Origin: Raillietiella orientalis
Taxonomy: Eukaryota
DNA length: 64,000 nucleotides
Assembly (NCBI GenBank): GCA_036172245.1
Contig: JAYWIR010000013.1
Coordinates: 3,534,001 to 3,598,000, forward strand
Direction: 5' to 3'
Each line of letters opens with the position of its first letter. Position 1 is the stretch's first letter. The translations under genes were made by a program, and so were the position numbers. A model generated the notes under the pieces. It was not told where the DNA came from. It made no database searches and saw only the letters and a program-made list of their open reading frames with translations. Below are positions 12,680-25,300 of the stretch, piece after piece.

Positions 12680-13480
12680 CGAGCGTGCCGACATACCGAA
12701 AAAACGAGACGTCTTCGACCCCTGGCTCCTGCTCGGGTCTGAAAGGCGGGCCCCGCACGAAGGATGCCCCGCAACTCCTCTTCTCGAAGAGTGCCCGCAC
12801 GCCGGCACTTTGAACATGCAAATCCACAGGGCAGGAACCTGTCCCTGATGCACCGAGCGTCGCTGGTTCGAATACTCGGAAAGAATCGACGCCGAGGGGT
12901 GCGTCGTGGGTTCGAACTCATTCTGCGAGATGACGCTGCTTGGACTGCATCCAGGGGCAGCACCCGGTAGTGGTTCAAACTGGATGCTCCCGATGAGGGC
13001 CAGGACAATGGGAGTCGACCTCCGGGTTCTTCCAGACATCAAGGAGGGGGGAGTTCCCCTCCGGTTGTGCGGACCTCCATTCTGGGGGGAGGGTCTCCTT
13101 GGAGTAGGTGTGTCGCCACCTCTCCAGAGTTCAGAAGTCTCGGAAGGGTGCTGCTTCCTTCGGGGAAGCACCCTTCTGAGAAATTTCGGAAGTTTCTCTT
13201 CGAGGTTCCCTTCAGAGGAGTAAACACAGGAGGGGTTCCCTTAGGAGAAGGGAAGTGGAGCGGGTCCCTCCGAAGAGAATAAGGAAGGAGATTCCCTTCG
13301 AGGTTCCTTTCGGAGACAACCAGGGTGCAGGGGAGGGGGAGGATCCCTCCCCAGGCGTGAGGGGAACGGACTCCGAGTCCTTCCTGGACTCATCAGGCGG
13401 TCCCCTCCCGGGGCACTTGAAGAATTGAGGGAGAAGCTGAAAGAAAGCTCGGCTTGGAGACTCCTCTGTAGACCGCGTGG
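12680..13480 (+). repeat. Local diverged repeat, copy C, containing a degenerate ~29-bp minisatellite (13204-13320)
   Basis: Collinear with 8290-9010 (see copy A). A GGTTCCCT-like core recurs at 13204, 13234, 13262 and 13290. Confidence 0.7.
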
Positions 13481-15828
13481 AACTTCTTGCATCCCCCCCC
13501 GTCTCCTCCCAGGAAACCTCTCGGGATGGTCGGATGCTGGTTCTCGTACCGAACAGCCCCAGTGCCAGGTGGCACCGAAGGCTTGCCCCGTGCTTCCGGG
13601 TAAGGGGACTGAGGAGGCTGCCGGCGGGAGTAATCGATCTTCTCACACCTTACCAGGCTACTGAAAGGAAAAGCAGTCTCGGGCGAGCCATCCTCCGGGA
13701 TCAGCTCCTCGGCAAAAGGGACAGTTCGCTGCAAGTGCTTCTTTGCAGAAGACACGCGCCGTCTTCACGTCCCGTGCGTTCTCAGTGGCGTGGGTCTTTT
13801 CCCCTCGGCCGCGGAGGCGGTGGCTTTCTCTTGGCACCGGGGCGCAGGAAACGCAGCAGAAACATCAGCAGGACGAACCGCTTGGGCGTTCCCGAAAAGC
13901 TTTCGCTTTTCGACGGAGACAGTTCAGCTTCCAGGAGACGGATGTCAGGTGCGACGCCCCGCGGGCCCGCGCTTTGTTAGGGAGCGACCCCTAACAAAGG
14001 AAGGGGATGACCCTTTTTCTCGAGCGGAAGAGCCCACGCTTCCGGCTCGAGGAGGCGACTTGCGACTCGGGAGGGGAGCAAAAGACCACTAGGAGACGAG
14101 GGAGGGAGAGAGGATACGTGCTGCACACATCCTCCTCCTCCTCCGATCCCTGAGCTCACGCATCCAGCATCCATCCCAGCACTCCGCGTCATGCACCACA
14201 TAAAGCGGACGGCGGCAGATCAAAGGTAGCGCGGGAGGTGCAGACGAGGAGGCGAAGGCAGAAAACGGGGACTGTCTTTTGATCATCTTGTCTGTTTACA
14301 GCCAAGAGATTCGCGGCTGTTGGCCGCCTTCCTGCAGCGCCTATCCGGGGAACGTTGGCACCTGAGGAGGTGGGAGAGGCGGGATTGGGTCGGAGGAGGC
14401 GATGCACGTTTGTCCCCAATGGAAGTGGGGGTGGGGGGGTTCCCAAGCGCGCGCGCGCGCGCGGCGGCAGAGGAGCGTTCCCCATCCTCGGACCCAGTCC
14501 GCACCTGCGTCCCCCGAGGAGGTCCTCGAGCAGGTTCCCCCCACCGGCACCCCCTGTGGCGAAATCGGAGGAGCCCACCGACAGACAGCAAGCAGGCAGG
14601 GAGCGACGGGCGAGCGAGCGAGCGAGCGACCGGCCCGCACGCGCGGAGCGGCGGCGGCATTCGATCACGGCAGGCGAACGAATGAAAATAAACGGCGTTT
14701 CCGGAAGTCAAACAATCGGTTCCCGCGAGCCAAAAAAAGCCGAAACCGGAAAGGAGACGATGTGCAGGCGGGAAAACCTTTATCGGGTCCTCCCTGCCTC
14801 TCCCGTTCGTTTCTCCTGCTATCGTGTTCTGCCCCGGTTTTCCGGGATCCTCACGCGCCCCTCTCTCCCGCCTTGGTCGGAATTGTAGTGTACACACACG
14901 AGCACGGTTGCCTGCAGGCTTCCTCCTCTTCTCGTCCCCCCTCCACGACCACATTCCGTCCGGAAAGTGGCCATGGAGGAAAGCTGCTGCAGTGCTCCCC
15001 CCCGCACATCCGCATCGATTGCAGAAACCATTCCCGATGGTAACCGTCGTTAGGTATTTTCGACTCGATGACTAACGCGTTCTGTTTTACTTTGCGTGCG
15101 TCCGTGCGTAAGCGGCTGTTCCCTTATTCGTTGAATGCCGTCGAGTTCCGAGATGCGGCGAATGCAGCTTGTAGGTGTTTTGGGAGCGACAGGGCCGATG
15201 TTTGTTTATTTATTTATTTCGAACAACTTCCCCCTCCCGCTCGGGACGAGTCTGTCCCGTGGCGTTCTCGCACACGGCACGTTTCCGGAGGTTCCGCACC
15301 CCGCATCCAAATGAGAACGCAGGAAAGGTGCTGCTGCGCTTTCTCGTCATTCCGTCTCCCGCCTCGCACTGGGAAAGCAAAAGAGGAACGGTGGCAACGC
15401 ATCCCGAAACGATCGATCCCCGATTCGAGGAGGAGTTCGCAGATCGGAGAAGTCGGATCGCTTTCTCCCCACGTGGTTTCCCGTGCGTGCACAGCTCGGC
15501 GGCAATCCTCACGGATTCGGTTTCACAGGAAAACCGCACGCTCTTTTTCCTTTTTCTTTTTCTCTCTCTCTCTTTGTTTTCGTCAGCGGGTGGAGGTGGC
15601 AACACTGCTGTCGAATGGAGGAGGCGCACGCACAACAATGGCGCTCCTCTCGAGCCGCCATTATCGAACCCAGTCGAGCTTCAGTTCTTAGCAGCCTTCG
15701 ACTATTTTCAGTTCGTTTCTTCGTACACTGGGAGAACCAAACGGGTGGGGACACAAAAAAAAAACAAAAACAAAAAAAAGGAAAAAGAAAAGAAAAGCAG
15801 GATTGCCAGCCGTGTTTTCCGCAAAACC

Positions 15829-16770
15829 ATGGAAGCTCCATTCGCTCCCATTCCCCTGTTGCGCCCATCAAATCCACTGTACATAAGCGAAATGCACCAT
15901 TCGCGTTGGCCCGTCGTAACGAGTACTGATCCCAACGACCCTCCTGACGGGGAGTTTGGGGATTGGTGGGCCGAAGTGTGGTCCACGGAGATTCGGAGCA
16001 GGAAAGCCCCTCCACGATCTGCAGACGACCCCACACCCCACAGCAAAATGCCGGAAAGCTGCTGCTGCGGCCGCGCCATGGAGACGCCGGGCGGAGAGGA
16101 CGATATCTTACTCTACCCTGGGGTCCCACCGGTGGAGGTGCACTACGTGGACGGCTTCGGCTCGGTGGACGAGGTCGAGGGATCCACGTCCTGCGAAGAA
16201 CGTGGGAGCGGTCGATCGAGGGAGCGGGACGTGTCGTCCGTAGAACAGCGCTTCTGGAGCGCCGCCTCCGAGCAATTGATGGATGGCCAGGACACCGCGT
16301 CGGCCCAGGGATCTTTTCGCCACCTTGGGTCATGCCGAGGCGGAGGCCCGGTAGAGCGCTGCGGCAGCGCGGCCTCGGAGGGTCGCAGAGGCGGACGGGA
16401 CGGACGGGGCAGCATATGCCGTCGCGTCTTCTCCCTCCCGGGGAGCGCGGCCAACGCCGGACTCTTCCGTTTCGAGGAAGGTGTGCAGCCGCCGCCCGAT
16501 GAGACTCCGGAGAGACGACCCGGTGACAGAAGACGGAGGCTGTCCCCCGACCCTGGGAAGCGTCTGACCCGCGGCCGGACGTCCGAGTACGTCATCTGCA
16601 GCCTCCTGGCCGGGGACCTGGAGCTCCATCGCGTCCAGGGATTAGCACCGTACCTCCTGCACGCATCGGGCAACGGGTCGGCGATATCCCTGGAGCGGGT
16701 GGGGTTCGCCCAGAAGGCGGAACGGCAGCCGGGCTTCCCTTCCGTCCGGCGCACGGGAGCCGCGCCCTGA
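15829..16770 (+). CDS. Single-exon ORF, unknown 313-aa protein
   Basis: ATG in a good context (AAAACCATGG) inside supplied ORF 15175..16770, after an A-rich leader. Composition and codons look protein-like (GEFGDWWAEVW, ILLYPGVPPVEVHYVDGFGS, SEYVICSLLAGDLELHRVQGLAPYLLH). No family recognised. Confidence 0.55.
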   Translation: MEAPFAPIPLLRPSNPLYISEMHHSRWPVVTSTDPNDPPDGEFGDWWAEVWSTEIRSRKAPPRSADDPTPHSKMPESCCCGRAMETPGGEDDILLYPGVPPVEVHYVDGFGSVDEVEGSTSCEERGSGRSRERDVSSVEQRFWSAASEQLMDGQDTASAQGSFRHLGSCRGGGPVERCGSAASEGRRGGRDGRGSICRRVFSLPGSAANAGLFRFEEGVQPPPDETPERRPGDRRRRLSPDPGKRLTRGRTSEYVICSLLAGDLELHRVQGLAPYLLHASGNGSAISLERVGFAQKAERQPGFPSVRRTGAAP

Positions 16771-19313
16771 GAGCCCGCCCCGCAAGCCTCTAGTGGTCAT
16801 GACGAACGACGGAAATACACGACCCGTGATGTGCCCTGATGCCCCTGGGGGATCTCCTCCCCCGTCAGACGCCTGGCTGGGAGCCCCGCTTGCCTGCTCC
16901 CCCTGCAGGAGGCAGGACAAACGCGGAGCGGCCCCTCTCGACCGCAGACCAGTCCGGAGGGATGGAAAGGGGGGGACATGCGTCCGACTTTCAGGGTTTT
17001 TCGCCGCCGTCCGTGACCAAGGCGGCAGCGAATGGCGCCAACGGTCCGCTCCGGGGGGCTGGAAAAGGTTCCCAGCCCTGGCGGTTCCGTCTCTCCCAAG
17101 GAGGCACCGTGGACACAGCTCGAATGCTCCCAGGGCAGGCGATGGTTGACACACGTTGATGATTGATCTCTTGCTGGGGCCCTACCGGAGCATCCTGGGG
17201 AGCGGCCAGGGTTCCCGTCTTCCCGGAAGCCTCCGAGGGCTGCTGCTTGTACCTTCTCACGGGTGCTGGTGCTGGCGCCAGCGTCCGCGCCCTGCCATCC
17301 GCCCACGACGCGCACATCCGCTCAAAGGCTGGGAGAGCCACCGTGGACTACCTCTGCGGCAGCAGACCGTCGACCGTCCCGCGAGCCCCGAAGGGCGGCA
17401 ACCGGACCGCTCGTCTTCCCGGAGAACTTCGTCGACGTCCCCGGGGCTGCTCGAGCCACAGACACGGCGCGGTCTCCAGCAGGCGACCGAGAGTGCCGGT
17501 GACGGGTCGGTTCCTCTCAGCGGCGCCCGCCTCCCTGACCCCTAAGGGCGGTGGTCACCTCGCCGAGTAGCGACCCTGAGTCACGCTAGCGGACTTCCGC
17601 TCGGGGAGCGACGCGCATTGTTGAGGGCAGGAATAGGAGGTGGAAGGGTGGCCTGATGTGGAGGCCGACCGAGGACCAGGGGGGCCAGGACCGTGCCCGC
17701 CGCGTCGGCTACTCCCAACTGGAGCCTGAGGTGACCAGAGAGAGGGCGTTTCCTCGCCGGAGCGCCGTGGGGGATCCTAGTTCCAGAGAGGTGCTCGTCG
17801 TCCGGGGGAGCGGGCTCCTCGAGAGGTGGTGGCGTGCCCGAGCTCTGCCGCCCTCGAGTCACCAATGGCGCCAGAGGGCACTCTGCACCCCCAGCTCCAC
17901 GCGATCTTTCCCTTCCTCAGGTCCACCCCCCCTTTTCCCTCCCCCTTTTCCTCCCTGCTTCCCCTTCCGGGAATTCCTGAGACCGACCGCACGCCCCGGA
18001 TGCAAAAATAAATGGCGGCGTCGCAGCGAGGCGCAGTTACAGGAAGACAGGACGTTTTGCCTGGAACGGAGCGCCAGCGCGCGCGAAGTTGGCTCCCGGG
18101 AAGCGAGGGGAGACAGGAGAAGGGGGCGCTGCCGGGGACGTCTCTTCCCTCCCCCCTCTCGTTCCCCTTTTCCAACTTCGGTAAGTGCCAGGGAAGCTCC
18201 TGACCTTGAGCCGGAACGAGCAAGGACGGATGCGGACTTGCCAGCAACATCCCTGCTCCGGACCCTACGCACCTTCATCCCGGGCCCCCTTACTGGGAGG
18301 TTACCCCGGCTCGCCCGCCCTTTGCATCCTGCCTCCAGCCACGGGAGAGAGGTTGCTGCTGAGCCCGCATACCTCTTGCGTGGCGGCACCACCCTTCCTT
18401 GAAGCGCAGGCGCTCCCATGGCGCTCTCCCCTATCCCAGGGGAAGAGGGAGCAAAAGGCGCTTCCGAAAGGCCATCCCTACCGAAGCTCTCGGGCGCTCG
18501 AGAGGAAGATCCGGGAGGAGTCTGTGGCGCCGATGGGAGCGCCACCGCTGCCGCCCTCGTGGCATCCCGGGGCACCCGGGAAGAGGGGCGTGGATGAGCA
18601 GGAAAGCTTTCCTTCTCCCTCTGCGACCACGGGATGCCGGGGGGGAGGGGAGGATGGGCGCTCGAGAGACGCGTTCCCTGCCGAACGCAGGAGGCTGGGA
18701 GTGCGTGGGCGTGGCTGCTGCAACCGGGCCTCTCTCGCGCCGGGCCGAAAGTGAAAGCCGCGCGCGGCTCGTCTCGCCCGGCTGTGGCAGCACGTGGGGT
18801 TCGAGGGGAGCGGGAAAGGAGAAGGGGACGACGGGCCGGATCGCAGGGAGGGCGAGGTGGACCCTGGCCGGTCTTTCCGGCAGGTGCCTACCCCAGATGC
18901 GCACGTTGCTCCGGGGGATACGCGGTGGCCTTGACGAAGGGCGCGCGCTCCCTTCCCCACTCCACCGGAGCTTCAAGTCCGTGCTGCTGCGCGCGAGCAC
19001 GCGCTGTGGCGCGACCCTGCCGACGGGCTTCTTCGCCACTCCCTGCGTCTCTCCCGGAGTTCCTGGCACCGTCGCAAGGTCGGCGCGCGCGCTCCCGTCC
19101 TCCGCGCGCGCCGCGCGCGGGAACGCCTGTTAAAAATACCGCCGGCCGGAGCCGCCCCCATTCGGCAGAAGAGCCGGGCGACGGGAGCACGCGACGACGA
19201 GTCCCCACTTCTACTGCTGCTCCTCTTTTTTTTTTTCCCCCTCCTCTTCTCTCCCATTTCCGGAAGAGGCAGAGAGAGTGTGAGCGCAGCCCAGGCAAGG
19301 AAGTTCCCCGACC

Positions 19314-22300
19314 ATGTATGACCACTTCGACCACGACTGGACGTTGCACAGGCGAACGTACGCACCTGCGCGGATCACGCGGATCTACCCGACGGTGAGT
19401 CCTTGAAAAGTCCGCGCGTCGCTTACGCTAGCGGTCAAGCAGCGCCTACCAGCCGGCCGGCGGTGAGCAAAGGAACCCTTCCCTAAGGGGCGCGGTTTCG
19501 CAGTGAGAGGGCGCAGCGGCAGGTTCTGCCCGACGCGATGCGCCCAGAGGTGGCGTCCGCCCTCCCTACCCCACTCTCAACTCCCCCCTCTCGCGCGGTC
19601 GACGGGAGCAGGAAGTCCGACCGTCTGGTGGACGCTCCCGGACAGCGCCGCCCGCGCTTTCCCCGCGCCGACGGAAACGTTTCTTTCCCCCTGCTATCTG
19701 CCTGCCTCCGCGCCGCTGCGTTCGACCTGCCCCCTCCCAACCTCTCCGTGCGGCAAACCCAGCGACCTCTCCCTGAGTCTCTGCGCCCACTGCACGTCGG
19801 CCGGCCGGCGAACGGAAGGATGCCTCCGCGTGTGCCGGAGGCGCTGGCTCCCCGCAGACTCCTCCACGTGGACACTTCGAGGCGACCATGATCGATGGTA
19901 GAAAGGAAACGAGAGACGCTCGCGGGGCAGTCCCTCGTATGGAGGCGGTCGCGGAGGGGTTCTTCCCTCACCCCCACTTTCTCGGCGACTACGACCAATC
20001 GGAGCTCTCTGCGCTGATGGCGCGCCGCAGCAGTGCCTGGTGGCCCGAAGATCGGCTGACCTAAGTAACCACGTGCCCTTCGGGACACCAGGGGGAAAAA
20101 ACTCCATCACTGCCCCCTCCTGCCTATTTGGTGCCCGTTAGTGGTGGCTCCCGCGCGAAAGCATGCGGGAGAAAATTTGGGATAGTGGCTCCACCGCATC
20201 GATGCGCAGCTAGCGACGAGGATAGGGAGGAGAGAGATGGAAGGGGGGGAGCAGACGCATTGGATTGCTCTGTTAAAATTGGATCGCATTGACTGTTCTC
20301 TCCTTTCGACGGAAACCTCCTGGGAGAACGCACGCCCGTCCCTGTCCACCACCCTCCTTCACTTCCCCACTCTTCTCCGAGGCGGACCTCGTTCTCGCTC
20401 CACACCGAAGATGGCAGCAGCATCTCCCCGCCTTCGGGAAGCCTTCCGCTCGTCCCCTTAACGGTCTGGTTGTTCCCTCAGGATCCGTGTGCGACCAGCT
20501 CCTACCAGGGAATCCTCGTCCCGCGCTACCGCAGGATCCTCTCGGACGTGCGCCATTCGGCGAAGGTGAGCACCCCACGAGCTGGGAGCGAATAGGGCGG
20601 GCGCAGCTGCTCCGCAGAGGTGCTTCCTGGTGGAACAGCGAGCCTTTGGGGGTTTCCATCCATCGGTCCAGTAGTCCTGCACCTCCTCCTCCAAGCCGGT
20701 GCCGGTACCCCGAATAGCCGCCGCAGAGCCGGTGAATGGGAGATGCAGCCACCATCTCTGATCACGCGGACGAACTACTCGGAGCTCTGCGGAAGGTCTC
20801 GAGTGTTCGAGAGCTTCGCGCCCCTTGGCTTCCCCTCTGCCGCAATTTTCGCAGTCTTAGTTGGTCTCTGCTAGGAGATCTCGTAGGGAGCTCCCATTTT
20901 CGCATCTATTTTAAAGCAATTGTCTCCCCTTTTTTTTGTGAAAACACTGGCGACCGAGGGGGCCGGCGGGCAGCCATTCCAGGATCCCAGAGGCCTTGGA
21001 GATGACGAGGACTCAGGGAGTGCTCCCAATCGCCCCTTCAAGAGGAAGGACAAGGGAGGCAGGCAGGAATGGCCCTGCTGCGCCTTCATGTGCCCCGCCC
21101 ACCCATTCAGCCCTTTTTCTCATCTTCCTTCCGTCCTCTCAACCCCGTTCTTCCCCGCTCGTTCGCGCGCTCCCTCCCTCGTTTCCCTCTTTCCCGTGCA
21201 GGGGTCCCTGCGCGTATCGATCGGCGCGTCCGGAAGTTTCCACCCTTGCCACTCTTGCGAGTCTTCTTTCCGATACCGGCGTGGCTCCTGGGGAGTGGGG
21301 GGGGAAGGGGGAGGGGGGAAGGAGCCCCGCCCCCTCAGTGCGCTTGCGCTCCCGGACGGCCTCGACGCGAGGCGCGGAGGAATGCTCCGCGCGTTCCAAC
21401 TGCGGCGCTCGTGCGCAGCGCGGCGCTCCACTTTTCCTCCTCCGGGATCGCCCGTGGGCTAAAAATACGCGCTGTCGCGTCGTGCCTCCTCTCGAGATCC
21501 GCGCCCGGTCCGGGAGAGACCCAGCGCCATCTTGCCTTCTGATCTCGTTGCTGGGGAAGCGGGTGAGGGAGGGAGGTGAGGCGGCGGAAGGACAGCTTCC
21601 CTCCCTCAACGCAGGCGCTCCTCGATGTGCCCGGGGGCGTGCGCGCGGTCCAGAAGCTGCAGCATCCCTGGGAGGTGGCGACGTCTCCGGATCGTTCCGA
21701 GTCAGGGAGGGGTGCGTGGTGGTGCCACTCACGCGAGGGTGGCGCGGTGGCCGGAGCGAGACGAAACAGGCGTCGCTATTCCCCTCTGGAGGTGGTGAAG
21801 GAAGAGAAGCACTCCAGAAAGGGGAGAAGACGGAGAGGAGGAAGAATGGACTGATGGTCGATGAGGGGAGGAGAAGGAAAGACTGATCGACGACTCCCGA
21901 CTCCATCGTCGCACCTTCTCTCTTCCCCATTCCTCCGAGTTGCCATGGGAACCACAATGGGACCTGCTCGCGCAGGGTGTCGCTGCGACCAGCCGAGGAG
22001 GGGGGAGAAAAGAAGGAAAAGATGCTCGTGCATCCGCGAACTATCTTGACCGGAGGCTTCAGAAAGATTCCGGCACCTTCCGAAGCGAGTCCGGAAGCCG
22101 TCTGGAAAGGACGCGGTCGTTGAAGGTGGATTGACCTGCCCTTCCTCCCCTTTCATGTCGCTCTCGGTCCAAGATGTTCCCTCAAACGGCCGCGAGGTGC
22201 GCGCGCGCTTCAGGCACGTCGAGGGAGCGCTCGAGAGAGGTCTCCTCCCTGCCCGCTTCTTGCCATGGCACCCGCCCGCCACTGGAGCCTCCAGCGCGCG

Positions 22301-25300
22301 CGGTCGGTCCCCTCAGGCGGTAGCCCGGCGTGAGTGCGGGTGTGGCGGGGGGGCAGCAACTGGACGTTCGCCTGCTCCCTGCGGCGGGCCCAGCAAGGCA
22401 AGAAGTCTTCCACAGTCCGACCCCTCCGCCCGGATGACTGCGGGGCGGATGCCATTGGGCCGGACCCTCGAGAGTCACCCGCCCTTTCCTTCACCCCTGA
22501 GTCCCTCCCGGCCACTCAGAGCGCCAGTTTGTCCTCACAGGGAGGCTGCGGGCGCTCCCGCCTGCCGAGGTGAAGGAGGCTCAGCCCCCGACCCTTCCTT
22601 TCGATAACTCGGGATGCCGTGCGCTCCGTCACCCGGGTCGCGGCGCCATCAGGGAAGGGAGAGTCCGAAGGCGGACCCTGCGACGACCCGCTCCCCCTTC
22701 CCGCCTTCACCCTTGCAGGACGTTCCCCGCCCGCAAAGAGCGCGCGACCCACCCATCGCGTGCGCTGATGCACGGCACCAGTCGCTGCCACGGCGTTCCT
22801 CATCCGCGACGATGACGGTGAAGCGTCGCCAACTCTCCTTCCCTCCGAAATCCACCTCCTGAGAGAGGGAGGGGGGGGGCGTCTCTTTTTCCCATGTCCA
22901 CGCGCGTGTCATCCACTCCCGGGCACCTCGCCCAGGAGCGGGGGAGACTCCGGCGGCTGCAGGGGGCGTGGTGCAGTCCCACGCTCGGGGCAGGTGCGTG
23001 GCAATTTTCCCCCTCCTCGCCCTTGTCACCACCACTCTTTCCTCTTCCGTCTCTCCTCTCCCTCCTCTCTTGCTCATGGCCACCGTCTTCACCACCAGCA
23101 CCGTCATTCCCATTCTCCTTTCCTTCCTCTTCCAGTTCCTTAGCTCCTCTTCCCGGCTGCACTCGCCTCAGGATGACCATTTCTCGGGACAGTGTGATGG
23201 TGCTCTGGCGCCGCAGCGGTGGCGAGGTCTCGTTGCCGAGTCTTCTCCTGGAAGAGCAACACGCACGTGCGGGTTTCCCCCCTCCTCACGACGGATCAAC
23301 TTTGCTGCTTTCGATGCCCGGGGGCGCACGACTTACGAGGGGAGAGGAGGGGACTCCGGCTATGGCACATGCCCTCGGCTTTCTGCGCCTGGGCGAAGGG
23401 GGGCAGGAGGAGGCCGCGAGGACTCACGCCGGAGGCACCACGCTTGCTCGCTCAGCGCCCAGCGTCGCCCTAGGGGAGACCGACGTCTCCGGACTTACCG
23501 TCCGTCTGGAGAGAGGCAGTTCAAGATGGGGGGGAGGGAAGGGATCTCCTCCTCTCCAGCGAACCGAATCTGCGGAGGGGCTGCTCCCCATGCTCTGACC
23601 CCCCTCCTCTCTCTCTTTCCAGGGACGCATCCTGTACCACCTCCCGGATTATCCGTACCGGAGGGTGGCGGTGGAGCCTCCCCTCGGTGTCCACGAAGAC
23701 GCCATCTCGTCCAAGTATCGCAGCGCGCTCTCGGACTACGCGGCCGAGGATTATGCGGTCAGTACGTCTGCCCCCCCCTTTTACCTCGGGTTGCGTGGAG
23801 CCTGCACGCTGCGTTCGGGCTCAACCGCCCTGACGCGCGCCTTCAGGGCGGGGTCCCCGCCGCTTCTTGCCCCGAGGGCGCTTGGTCCGGGAGCACCGTC
23901 GGAAAGGAGCAGCGCCGCCGCAGCCCACCGGCGTCAAAGAACCGCGGAGCCGACCGAGTCGTCTGCAAGACTAAAAATGGAACCGCGCGGTGGCCACCTG
24001 TCGTCACCGCGGCAGTTCCTCCTGAATGCTCTGGAACGCCGCCAGCTCTTTCGGGTCTGCCGCACGGGGGAGGAGCGGCGGAACGGAGAGGCTCCGCACT
24101 TCCTTGAGGAGCACGCAGTCGCCCGAGGCGGATGCTATCTCGCGTAACCCCGGGCCGCACGGCGAGGGCTACTGTGCGCCAGAGAGCAGTAGCGGCTGGG
24201 GTTGCTGCGGTTCCCTCCCCCTCCCCCCATGCGCATCCTGGAATCAAGGAGGCTGCCGGTTTCGCGCGGTGTTTGCCTTGGAGAGGGGTCACGGAGACTG
24301 GCGAAGAGGGGAGTGCGCGCCCGGACTCTCGCAGGCAGCGCCCGTCCTGCCGCCCGCGACGCCTGACCTTGCCTTCTGCTGCCTCAGAAAATCGAAGACA
24401 CGATGGGCGAGCTGATGCTCCAGACACACTCGCTGAGGGATCGAATCGGCACGATTGGCGACAGGACCTCAGGCTGGACCATGGACAGGACCCCGGGATG
24501 GAGGCACAGCCCCAGTTACGTCCTTGACCACCACTATCCGTCCTGGACCAGCTGCAGGTGATGTGCGCTCCGCTCTTCCTCTTCTTCGAGGCAGGCAGCG
24601 GAGGTCTCTCCGTGACCTGCTGAGTCTCTTTCGGGTGCGGGAAGGGGAGAGGGGTCTACTGATGGTTGCCTGCGCGGCCTGTTTCTATCTTATTTGCCGC
24701 GGGGCCCTGCGGATCGGCTGGCGATCTCTACGGGCGCGCGCCCGAGGCCAACCACGCGGGTGGGGATTGCGACCCACGGTGTCCTCAACTGTTCTAAGTC
24801 GAGGACTCTCTTCCTCCACCCCCTTCTTTTCCCAGCACTCACCTTAGAGATCCGCGCTCGTCCTGCACGAGGGATTCCCCCGCCCCCTCCCCCCAGCTTT
24901 GCGACCGCGGGTTGCTGGATGCAGGGCCACCTTCTGGTTTCTTCGACGGATCGCCCAAGGTCTTCTTCCTCGCCCCCTCTCCCTTGTCCCCTCTGCCTCT
25001 CTTCATCGACGCGCAGGAGAACCAGACGCCCCCCTCCCTTCCTCCCCACCTGACAGCTCACCCGGAGGAAGCGGGCGAGGAAAGGATTCCAGGGATGCGA
25101 GCGGCAAGGTTTCCTCCACTCGGAGAGGAGCGCCGGAGGCTGCGAGCAGAACCCGAGCCGCGACAGTACAATGTAGCCCTTCTTCCCCTGCCGCACGCTC
25201 CTCATGGCTTGTGAAAACAGCCATCTCTTCTCTCCAGGGACTCCGACGGGGGCTGGAGGAACAGCGGCCTCCTTCCCGTGAAGAAGCTTAAGCACTACGT

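Noticed and set aside
13204..13320. CRISPR-like repeat-spacer appearance
   Set aside because: The core is only ~8 nt and degenerate, the period is ~29 nt, there are no cas genes and the context is eukaryotic.
8290..13480. Copies A and C as the LTRs of an LTR retrotransposon
   Set aside because: A third copy lies between them, there are no TG..CA ends, PBS or PPT, and the internal protein motif is of non-LTR type.
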